From Orbicella franksi (Eukaryota): a stretch of DNA of 64,000 nucleotides. This document shows, piece by piece, positions 1-11,599 of this stretch (positions are counted from its first letter, which is position 1; each line of letters opens with the position of its first letter). A program made the translations under genes and the position numbers. The DNA is taken from positions 20,336,001 to 20,400,000 of the forward strand of contig OZ116699.1 of the NCBI GenBank assembly GCA_964199315.1, written 5' to 3'. The notes below the pieces were generated by a model that worked only from the letters and a program-made list of their open reading frames with translations, did no database searches and was not told the DNA's origin.

Positions 1-1216
1 TATCTATGCTTGAAGCTTTGTTGTCTGGGTTTGTTTTCATTAGTAATACATGATTTGAGATGGCACTGAAAGTATTTTTCTAGTGGAAACTAAAGCACAG
101 CACAAGTTAGAAGTTGAAAATGTGAATAGCCAACATTTATGCCTTACCTTTATATGATAAGGTGATCCAAAATGTCTTGATCCCTTCACTCAGGTCAATG
201 AACATCATTGACCCAAGTAAAGGTCCCTATAAATGAATGAAAAAAAACACACCTGCGAACATCAGGTGATTTGAATTTAATAAACAGTGTTCCTTTTCCA
301 ACATTTTTCATGTCCCCGAAAATGGACACTCAGAAAAATTTGCCCCCGAAAGTGGGCAGAAAAAAGAAATCACAGACTTTAATTTATTATCATTGTTTAC
401 TGTTAGTTACCAGTTTATATCTTTAGCTAGAAACTGAAATGTTAAAAAATAGCAGACTCACACCATTTTTGTAGATTTATTATCATAAACATCAAATAGC
501 AATATATATTATTATTATTATTAATATTAGGTTAGTTACAATATTTTAACTCTCTTCGCATTTTCTTGCTGTCTTCTCCATTCTGTTTGCTCCCGAAAAT
601 GAGCAGCATCCACACGCTACGTTGATAGCTATGCTTTTTACAATTGTTCTTATTAACTTTTACAATGCAAAAATCCACAGGATCTAATAAATTAATCCAT
701 GAGGGGGTGCGCTCCTTAAGCTGAATAATTTAGTATCCAGAGAAAGCCAAGAGTGTACCAGTGTCAGTCGACACTTCATTTGGAACACCCAGGGCCTCCT
801 GGATGGTTCTCATTTGTTTGTAACCTTTGGCCTGGTAACAAATCAGCACTGATACCAGGCCTTGACATGTTTGTGGCTGGAATATGTATCGAAAGAAAAG
901 CATGAAGGATCGAACTAAAGCCGAACTGCTCAAAAACCAAATTTAAAGCCGGACATTGATGCCAAACCAAACATTTATTGTAATTATTGTTAGCTAATTA
1001 AAAGCAACTGTATGCTATATTGCACTGAAAGACAACACCAATTATTTCAAACCTCACTTTCTACTATTTTTTTTTCCTTTGATTTCTTGGGCATGATAAA
1101 TCAAGTCCAGCCAATAGAGGTCATCTGACTTATAATTTAGACATATGAAGTGAGGATTGAGAACTGATGTTATCTTGCATTGCAATGTAACATACTTTGT
1201 ATCCACATACCCCATG

Positions 1217-1351
1217 CCAGGTTGTAGAAAACTCCTATATCGTCTGTCATTGCTTGGTCCTCCAGGTTGTAGAAATATCCTCCATTGTCTATAATGTCTT
1301 GGTCTTTCAGGCTGTAGGTATCTTTTATACTGTATATCATTTCTTAGTCCT
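1217..1351. repeat. 3 x 45-bp tandem repeat (also at 12913-13047 and 24362-24496)
   Basis: Units start CCAGGTTGTAG / CCAGGTTGTAG / TCAGGCTGTAG and end GGTCCT / GGTCTT / AGTCCT, each 45 nt. Confidence 0.9.
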
Positions 1352-4300
1352 TCAATGCAAAGGATACTGCTGTTTCAGCACAACTGTTGCTAGAGAATTG
1401 CTTCATTGACATGACAGGCATCCAAGTGGAGCAACCAAGAGGTACAGACTCTGAGATCACATCTCGCTCTTATCCTCACCCCATGAAAAGTGAACATCTC
1501 GTGGAAGTGGTCACGCACTAAGTCAAAGACTGTTTTTTTTGTCTCTTGATTTTAAGGGCTGTGTATATTTTCTAGTCATTCACTGGTCACCAAGTAGACC
1601 TAGATAAAAAGAGGTTGCCATAATTCATAGTTATTCACATCTGACTTTTATCCAGTGGTTTGTCAGTTATGTTCCATCCTTTGAGATACACATGTATCCT
1701 GATCTCGTGGAATGACTTACAAGGCTCAATGATTCAGAGAGACTTCCATTGTTGGGATGTTTTAACCTTCCTGGATAGTCCATTGGTGTTGGGCACGAGG
1801 CTAAAATCTTCACCCCATGAAAAGTGAATATCTCATGGAAACAGGAAAAAGTTGTGTTCAAAGGCTATAACTTGCTTTTTGATTTTGAGGGCTGTATAGC
1901 ATTTACAGACTTTCACAGGTCACCAGGTAGACAGCTGAAAAAAGTTTACCACAATACTCCTTGACATCATTTAGTGATGGTGGAGTCAATTTGCACCATA
2001 TGCACCTTATGCACCTTATATACACCTGTTGGTGCTACATGAGAGGAGATGATGATAGTGATGATGGGTCAATTTGACTCATTTAAAACACAAGCTGGGA
2101 AATAGATTTCTTCTTGGTCAAAACTGATGTCCAAGAAATTAGTGAACAGAATCATGGTCACCTTTGAAAAAGGTGTTGAGAAATTCATCCTTGAGTGAAC
2201 ACCAGTGAGAATTAAATCACCATCTTGTTCTACTAAATGAAGATGATGATGACTGTGATCCAGACTAGTTTTCCAATGATGCTGACTGTGTGCAGAAAGA
2301 TACATATTAAGTTCCATAGCAAGACCACATTAAGAAAAAATATCTACCTCCCGTCACTGGAATTAGCAGGTGTGCTCAAGTCGTTGAAATCTGAAATGCT
2401 GTGTGTAAAGGCCAGGAAAATACAATCGAGTTAAGATTTAACAAGCACAAAGTTGGGAATTTTTGTGATGTTCCACAATGGTCCTGTGTTTCAATGGCTG
2501 ATTGTTCGCAAGTAGCCCACATAATTATAAACATTTTCAGATTGAGTAGTGGCGTCTACTTCACACATAAGGTGACAGTGTAGTTTGTAAGTTAAATTGT
2601 TGTTAGGACCAGATAAAAGACGATCTGGGTAAGGAAAGAGTCACAGGGATGAGGCAATTGGCAAAATGACTGGTACAGTATAAATGATGATAGTGAAGGA
2701 TGAGTATGTGGGGTAGTCACCCGAAGCATATTGTTTCTACACAGGGAAGGTACATAAGATTTTCTGACAGGTGGCATAAGATCCTAATAAGCGATCTTCT
2801 CATCACTGAGAAATAAAATGTCTCTTGAAAGATTTCATGGCATGTTAGGAGGGCAGCCTCTGTTAGAAGTGATCACTATCACTTTATTTGTTACATATTT
2901 AAACCAAAACTTGATGCTCATGATGTTTATAAGAGAGTAGAGATGTTCAACGATGATGCAATCTGCTGAATAATTTTGATCACATTCAGTATTTCTAGAA
3001 TTCAGGCAAGTTTTTGAAGCTCTTCCTGGCTTTTCATATTTAGTATTTTGGGGTGTGTGCAACTCCATTTTTCACAGGGTCCTCCTAAATTCCATATGTA
3101 GTAGGTCTTAATATGATCTTGTAACATTCACTTTTATCTTCATCTTGTAACATTCACTTTCATCCAAGACTTCTTCTACAGGAGCTGCAACAGTCCTATG
3201 ATATACATCCTCTGTTGAAAAACCAGTGTCCTTAGTTTGAAGACAATGCTCACAATTACAAAAATGGTTACATCATCAATGTTCAGTGAAACATCTGAGG
3301 GACAGAGGAGATTCCACAGGCATAGGAGTAAGCTGCAACCTACAAGATCATTGGATAACTTTGTGGACATTGGCATGAAGCACTGCAGGCACCCACTTTT
3401 GACAAGCAAGGTGTGTTACTATAGTGAGAATTGAGAGGGAGCAGGAAGAATACGGGAATGAACATGTTGATAAATGATTAACAAGTACGCTTTGAAGTTG
3501 TCAGGTGACATCAGCGATGCGGAAAAAGTACACTTTTGAAGTTGTTGACATTACTCTTGATCCCACCTCCAACAGAAGGGATCAGATCCTCAGAAGTATT
3601 CCAATAGTCTTCAGAGTGCCAAAGCACCTGCACAGGATCCAGTTGAGTGATGTGTGATCCATGGAGATGGTTGCAGAGATGCATGTGTATTAAAGCAATA
3701 GACCGACTGAGGTAAACATGTCTACATCAATTATTCTGAAGAAAGTTACTTAGGTGTCCATCAACAAGCAGGGTATTAGCTTGTTATCCTTACTGGACAA
3801 AATCTTCTGTGAAGTCATCCTGAAGAGTCTATAATTATTATATGTTCTATATCATCTGAAGTGCTGAAAGAGATAACCAATCTGGTAATGGGAAAGCCTC
3901 ATCTGACATTTTTAAGGTTATCATTTGATAGTATAAGAACAAGGGTGACTGGATTGAAGGATAATCCTGTTGTGAATAACACACTTAAAGAGGTATTGTT
4001 TCACCCAGGGACATGTACAGGATTTTGTGAAACTACCCTGACAAGTGGGGTAATGCCCACATTGAACATCTTCGTATCAAATGGGAAAAATGTACTTGTT
4101 CTTTGATAGATTTGCACGAGAGAATAGGAGTTGCTGTAGGATTTGGAAGATCAGCTACAATGTCGATAGTACAAAACAAAGATTGCCCCTGAGTTGCTTT
4201 GCCATGTTGAATGTCAGGTATTTACTGTTGAGCCACTAATTTTGTCTAACAATGCAGACCATGTTCCAGGCTCCTATCATGTTGTCATTTACTTTCTTCC

Positions 4301-4545
4301 TTCATTGGATAGTGTCTCACACCATTCTTCATGGGTTGTCTAGCTTAATTCAAGAGTATAGTTATAGTCAATTATGGAATTGAAGGTGTTGATGACATTG
4401 TTCCGCTTCATATTCAGCCAAAGCTCTTTATAGAGAATCGTACCACTCATCCTCTTTCAAGAACAGGTTACTTTTGCTTGGTATATAGGGAAATTTCAAG
4501 CTCCGATCTGTACAGTCCTTTCAATGTTTTAGTGAGATTAATAGT

Positions 4546-4845
4546 GAGGTCTGATGGTGGTGGTCTGATGGTTAATGTGCTCACCTCCAGATTAAGCAGT
4601 CCAGATTCAAGCTCTTGCCAGGGACATTGTGTTGTGTTCTTGGGCAAGACACTTTACTCTCACAGTGTTTCTTTCCACCCAGGTGTATAAATGGGTACCG
4701 GCAAATTTAATGCTGCTAGTAACCCTGTAATGGACTAGTTTCCCATCCAGGGGGAGTAGAAATACTCCCAGTCGCTTCATGCTACAGAAACTGGAGATAA
4801 GTGCCAGCCTGATGACACACTTGACTGGTATGCAGACTTACTTAC
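4546..4845 (+). mobile_element. tRNA-derived SINE, near full length
   Basis: Degenerate tRNA-like head followed by GACATTGTGTTGTGTTCTTGGGCAAGACAC...GTATAAATGGGTACCGG...GGACTAG...CCATCCAGGGGGAGTAGAAATACTCC...GCTTCATGCTACAGAAAC. The same core recurs at 16046, 27511, 42740 and 59151. Confidence 0.8.
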
Positions 4846-7800
4846 ACAACCTAGTCAATAAAGCCTGTTGAGAAACTTGTAAGACAGAGGCTGCACAAAT
4901 ATGGGCAAATTCCAGCAGAAAGCACAGACACCTATGTGTATAAGCGGTAAGGTGGCAGGTACTCATCAAGGAGGCTGTAAAAGAGGCAGCTGATATCTGA
5001 GATGCTAGAAAGACATCAAATAATTCTCCTGTTTTACAAAAGAAGAGACCTTGGAGTAAGCCTGCCATCATCAGTGAAACCAATTTACAAGAACTCCAGT
5101 TACATCCGACTAAGGCTGAATGATCTGATCGTAGGAAATCATCTTCCTATCCTTGAGATTAAAGCAAACTCCTTTGTCAAGTCAGTGTGAAGAGTCTATC
5201 ATCAAGTATTGGGGAGGTGTAGCAGATGAAGAAATTCACTAAGGGCATCCACTAATGTTGACTAAGGGAAAAGTCAGCCATTTTGGGGGTTCAAAACACC
5301 AACAGTCACCAGCTGTCTATAGGTAAGGGTGCTGTTACACTTACTTTCAGGTAAGCTACCTCAGGCTGTCAGTAACTGGTATGTAATCATTCTGTTATCC
5401 TTGTAAGGCGAATCTTCAATGAAACCATTTTGAGGTGTCTTTATCCAGAGCTGTTGACAAAATGCTGCAGGAGGAGTACTAGGACTGAAAAAGCAACTTA
5501 ATAGGATAATTATGATGGACAGAGGGTCAATTTTATCAGTTTCCACATTCTTCATTTTCTCCAGGCTGATATTACTCTTCAGGTGAATGCTTGATCTGTC
5601 CCTGACTTCTAGAATCTTGGGTAATACAGAGAAAAATGACATTAGTTTTACTGTCAAACATTGCCATTGGATGACTAGTAGTAAAAGGGGAGAAAGCCAA
5701 CCCATCTCTACCTAGTGGAGGACAAGAGAGGAAGAAGAGATAAAAGAAAAACAGAAGCTCTGTATGTATGAACTGAGAGCAAGACTTGTGACTTGATAGG
5801 ACTGACGAGTGTGGACTTAGTCTGTGTTTTCATGTGAACCACTTGTTGATGATGACAAAAATCTTCAACCGAATTGCTTGTTGAGGTCGTGTATGCCAGG
5901 TACACATTACCCGGAGTAATCTTTAACCATTCATTGCCATCCCTCACCACTTCAGTGCAGGCTCTCCACTATCTCCATCCAAAGTGATCCTGTTTTTTCT
6001 TTGCTGAATGTTTCCTTCAGATTACGCTCTACCTACCTGGTTTTACTGCTCCTTTCTTTGTAATCTTAGCTGTGCGACTGACCATTATGGAGAGACCTGA
6101 GAGTTAACTTCATCTGAAGCATGCTGATGTATGTCTGAATTGCTTCTGTGGTATGTGTTGGCTGCAGCAGCCTATGCTCCATGGGGTAAACTGCAGAAGT
6201 CATGCACATCTTGAAGCTTCAATAGCAGTGCTTGTTGAAACTTTCATATCCCATGCAAAGAAGGCCAGAATGATGTATTGCCATGAATTTAGTCCTCTCC
6301 AGTTTCACTCTTGCACAGATGCTCCACTTGATTTCCATCCAATGCCAGGTCCTGTTTCTTATCTTACGACAAATTAAACTGCCTGTTTACCTACATGAGC
6401 CTACTAACATTCTTGTCTTGATCTGCCTATCAGTAGTAATAGGTAATTTTCCTTATGATGCTAGCATGAGAACAAAATACAAAATATTTGTCTTATCTTG
6501 ATCCTGGATTTATCTTCTTTCATCACCACATTGGTAGCTTCCTATCTACCCACACTAACTACTAAAACTGCCTATCATGTGACGATCTTTTTCAACCTGT
6601 TTAGCGCCATAGTAGTACCAAGGGGGCTTCTGTCTTGTGTCCATTGTTGGTCCTCTTTGTTCACTTTTCCAGTATCCATAGGTTGTTGCCAATGTGAAGT
6701 CTACCTACGCCTACAATTTGTAGACGGTCTATGCTATGAAGACCCACAACATGCATTGTAGGCCTTCTTTGGGGAGATTCCTCCCACAGGGCAGCGTTGA
6801 CAAGGAGACAGATGTACATGTCTAAATGTCAGCACTGCCATAGTGAGAAAATCCTCCCCACTACCTGCAACTCATCATTATTTTTGCTAACTGCCTGACT
6901 GTCTATTCTCCTCCTTTGGTTGGTTGGATGATCCTGGTCAGCTGGTCTCAAAGGCCGCCTACATAACCAATCTAACCTGATGTGTGTGCATTGTCCCATA
7001 ATCCCATGCCCCTGATGCCTCTCAATTTTTGGGAGGGTTTACTCTTATTTATAGAGTTCTTGAATGCTAACGAAAAAGATCAAGTACTACATGAATGATT
7101 CATATTGCAAATAAACCGGCCCATATTTTAAACTTTTTCAAAGAGTCAAAACCTCACAGCAATGAAAGGCATTAGGGCAAGTACCTAGAGTCCTGACAAC
7201 TGATCTATGTATTTTCTTAACTACTTGTAACCCTAAACTAAGTTTTTAGTATCCTAAATCATAAGTTCTAAACTTACATTGTATGTCTGGTTGAACCTTA
7301 CTGAGAGAATCTCACTTATCAGCACATAGTCTGTCAAGTGAAATGTAATAGAATAAATTGGCCTAGGCGCAACTGAGCAGGGAGGAATTCGGAATGCAAC
7401 ATAGATGACAAAATGTCTCCAACACGAAGTCAAATTGAAGCCAGAGTGAAGTCAACAGTAAACCGTAGTGAAGGCCAATTGAAGCCGGAAAGAAGTTGAA
7501 GCATGCCACAGTGAATTTAAAAAAAGCCGGAGTGAAGTGAAGTGAATTGAAGTGAAGTGAAGTCGAAAGTAAGCCGGAGAAAAAAAAAAAAACCTGAATG
7601 CAAATCACTGGCCGAATAACCTGCAAAGAAACCCAAATGAATTTAAAGGCAATAGGGAGGAACCACCCCATCCACAAGGGCCCATTAGTAAACTTATCTA
7701 AATTATCTACATTAAGTTAAACCGAATCAGAAGTACATGGACTTCTGGCCGAAAGTGTGTGCTTGTTTGCTTTGTGAGGTTCATCCAGAGCTCTATTTAC

Positions 7801-9553
7801 CCTCCCCTCCCAGCCCACAATTTAACTAACCACCAGCAATGTCTCACTCATCAGAATCTTGTCTTGCTTGGATGAGGCTGAATAACTGAGCAGAGTTGGG
7901 CTGATCTGGGTTGAAGTTTGACGAATGTTCACTGCAGTGGATTCTTGGTTTAGAGAATTGATGCTGAAGAAATGGAGGAAAATGAATGAAAATGAAAAAT
8001 TTCAGAAGGAATAATGTTACTGAAAAGTGAAGTAGACTTCAGGTAAAAATTACAGTGGTAATGAAAGTATAGTGAATAAGGGTGATGAAAAATCATCACT
8101 CATACAAATGTTGCCATGGCAACAGCATAAGCCAAACATTAATTAGTTATTGTAATCTTTGCATTTGCAAAGTCTTGAATATGCAATAACAAAATAAAAA
8201 ACACTATAAGTTGTATTTTTTAATGAAATTTTCAGTTGTAAATGTAACGAGGCTTACCTTGAGAATGTATTTTTGAAGCTGACGGAATCCAAGGGTTCTT
8301 GGCAAATATGTAGTGGTTCAATTGAACTTGTTTTTCTCTGGAGTGGTCCCATAGCTAGAGCATCCTGGCTTTAATCTGTTTAAGACAGAGGAATGCATTT
8401 AGTAAATTTTAGACATGTTGAAACAAAGCAAACCTGCCTGACCAGTGAATTTACTGGTGTTCTAGACAGAGATTATTACTGTTTTTTTTCCTCCTGTCTG
8501 TAATGACTGGCAGTTCTTAGAATTTCTTGTTATATCAAACAATATCTCGGGCCAGAATAATGAATAATCGTATCCATTTGTATTGATTGCTCTGGTATCA
8601 AGATCTGATAATTTGGCAGTTTATCAAGACCATACCTAAACTCATATTACATACCAAATAGTCCAGAGAGGTAATTATGGCACGATTTCCACTAAATCGT
8701 ATTGTCGTTACATTACGCAAGCTGGATGGACAATGTAACACTACTAGCAATAGTTGTAGGACTAAGAATTAATGCATTGAAATTCCTCACCTCTTGCAGA
8801 AAGATGACTGTTCAAGGTTCAATGCAGCTATTAATGGAGCTCTACAATAGACCACCTCTCAATGTTTCTCTTCCCCTTGGTTGGATTCAACCTCCACACT
8901 TAAGGACGCCCAAGTTGGCACTCCAGCTACTTTGACAGTAAGACGGCTGAACTCTTACAAGAAAAGCTGGTATCCTGGGATGTTCTCAAACTGCCACTGC
9001 AGTTGAAATATGACTGGAATATGCTGCCAGTTCACTGTAACACATAACTGCTCAAGACAGAATTATTTTTAATATTTAGCAACTTTTAGAAAGGTTAATT
9101 AAGAATAAATGTAAATCTTATTTTAATCCTCCTTTCTGTAATATTTGCCATTGTCATGTATATGCTCTGAGAATGTTGTGGTACATCGTGATAATATCTC
9201 ATCCATGTTTGTATTTATTTCTATACTGATGCAACTTATTGAGAATTGGTTGATCAATCTTGTTCCTTCTCCATAGTAACTGCAGTACTACACGCTAGTT
9301 GTAAATTTTGAAAATTTGGTGGTACTGTATGTTAAGACAATATCTTCCACAATCATGTTTTTCCCTCTGATAACTAAGACTTTTGCCTCAATATATATAT
9401 CAGGACTTAACTATGGGTAATGAATACTGAAACAGTATCAGAAATCACAATCAGTTTTGGCACTGAAATTTCACACCTCTTGTTGGATGACTGCTGTTAT
9501 AAAGGGGTGTAGCAGCTACAGAGAAACTCAACTCAGCATTTTCTTTCTCTCAG

Positions 9554-11356
9554 GTGGATGCTGTCATCTCTTACTAATACAAGAAGCTGTCCTCATTTTC
9601 AGGTCCACTGGTGGCAATTTAAATAACAGTTGGACACCAACGAGGAAGGCTGACTTATGTTCCTGAAGCTTAAACATGATTCATCCTGCTGATCCACTCA
9701 AAGCTGCCCAAGAGAGAGGAANNNNNNNNNNNNNNNNNNNNNNNNNNNNNNNNNNNNNNNNNNNNNNNNNNNNNNNNNNNNNNNNNNNNNNNNNNNNNNN
9801 NNNNNNNNNNNNNNNNNNNNNNNNNNNNNNNNNNNNNNNNNNNNNNNNNNNNNNNNNNNNNNNNNNNNNNNNNNNNNNNNNNNNNNNNNNNNNNNNNNNN
9901 NNNNNNNNNNNNNNNNNNNNNNNNNNNNNNNNNNNNNNNNNNNNNNNNNNNNNNNNNNNNNNNNNNNNNNNNNNNNNNNNNNNNNNNNNNNNNNNNNNNN
10001 NNNNNNNNNNNNNNNNCGATAAGTAATTAAGCTTGCAGCTTGTGGGGTCATGTGTAAATAAACAATAAAGAATAATTACAAAATAGATCACAGGAGTCAT
10101 GTAAGATATTAATCAAACCTGAATTTAGTTTTCCCATCTGCGATGTTTGCTATTATAACACGAGGTGTGAGAATTTGGTAAAGAATCAAGACAATGTATT
10201 CTAACAACAAAGCTATAATCATAGATTTTCTTTATATTGATTTCTATACTGTCATAAACTTTGAGAATTTAAGATGAGGGTTGGTAGATCAAGACGATAT
10301 ATCCCTTGTAATCATGCTAGTATTTCTCCATTAAAATTATTGTTTGCTGTATTGCTGTGAGTTTTGAAAATTTGGTGGCACATCAAGACAACGTCTCCTG
10401 GTATCCTGTTTTTCTTACCGCTTAAATTGTGATCCGTGGATATTGTAAGATGGCAATCCTTATTTATTGTAATTGCTACTGTGTATTAACGATATACTTC
10501 TCTTTCAATCAGGTAGATGTTGTTGTCAATTAGGAGGACCCTTCCTGGTTTCTAACAGCACATTTGTGTCATGGAGTCTTCAGCAACCTTAAACTAACCT
10601 TCATCTCCACATAAGTAGACTTGGACTAACTGAGCACCAGCAAGGTACTTTAAGCTTTCTCTTGTCACTGGAACTTCATTCCGATGAACAGAGCTTCCAG
10701 AGCTCCTCATAATGTAAGTTAGTAGTTACTGGTGAGTGTAAGCCTGAGTTAAATCTTCAATCTTCCTTAGTTTCTGTTATATTTGCTAGTCAAGACTAAT
10801 ACAAGTTCTAAAAATTTTGTGGTACACCAAGACAATCAAATTTCTTTTGAATTATGCTTTAGAATCCTCCTCCTCTGGAGCTAGCCTGTTGTTAGAAGCA
10901 GTGAGAATGTGGTGTTTAGCTTAAATGTATTTGTCATAGAGGTAGAATCCTTTCCCTCTCCAGACTGATTCCTTAAATGTAGGCTGCACAAATTTGGTGG
11001 TACTGATCAAAACAATATTACCTACAGCCTTTTGATTTCATACTGATTATCATCCTAAAATGGAAGTTTTATTTAATGGAAGTTTTATTGTAGTACCAAA
11101 AAAAGTTTCCGAATTATGGCAAAGTGAATGTATCAAAACTTCCTACCTTGTTTAGAAATACAGCAAATTAGCAAGCACTTCTAAATTTTACGTTTTTCTC
11201 AGATGGATGCTATTATCTGTTACAATAACCTACCCTTGTTTCCAAGTACAGTGTGATAACAACAATGGCTTGACAGCATTGAATAGAGAGTGTTTCTCAA
11301 ACTGTGGCTGGAACATCCTGCTGAGTCACTTGAAGACAAAGCTGCTCAAGATTGAG
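9554..11356 (+). pseudogene. Three mutually similar exon-like segments (possible plus-strand gene relic or higher-order repeat)
   Basis: Polypyrimidine-CAG followed by VDAVISY (9554), VDVVVN*EDPSWF (10513-10644, ends at GT) and MDAIICYNNLPLF (11203-11356, ends at GT). Frames contain stops. Confidence 0.35.
9722..10016. other. Assembly gap (295 N)
   Basis: Run of N characters. Confidence 1.
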
Positions 11357-11599
11357 GTTAGAAACTTTAATTTACAAGGAGTGAAAAAAAAAACACCAGT
11401 CAAGTCTTGCTTAATTCCACACCTACAGTCTCTGTAATACTTCCATTTGAAAGTGTGTTCTGAGAATTTGGTGGTATAAAACAAGACATGTCTCCAGGAA
11501 TAAAGTTCTTTGCTCCCTCAAAACTCTATGGTTTACTAAACTATATCATGAAAATTTGGTTGTACATTAGGACAATGTCTACTAGAATTCTGTCAATTC

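Larger units (their letters stand above)
1..8375 (-). pseudogene. Decayed multi-exon gene of unknown identity, copy 1 (truncated by the window start)
   Basis: Exon-like segments with AG/GT signals at 8258-8375 and 148-226, plus a long degraded reading frame (~1140-7050) with many stops and frameshifts. Homologous to copies 2 and 3. Confidence 0.6.

Noticed and set aside
1217-1351. CRISPR-like repeat-spacer array
   Set aside because: Units are homologous along their whole length, the context is eukaryotic, and there are no cas genes.
9676-10100. ORFs spanning poly-X
   Set aside because: Artefacts of translating the N gap.
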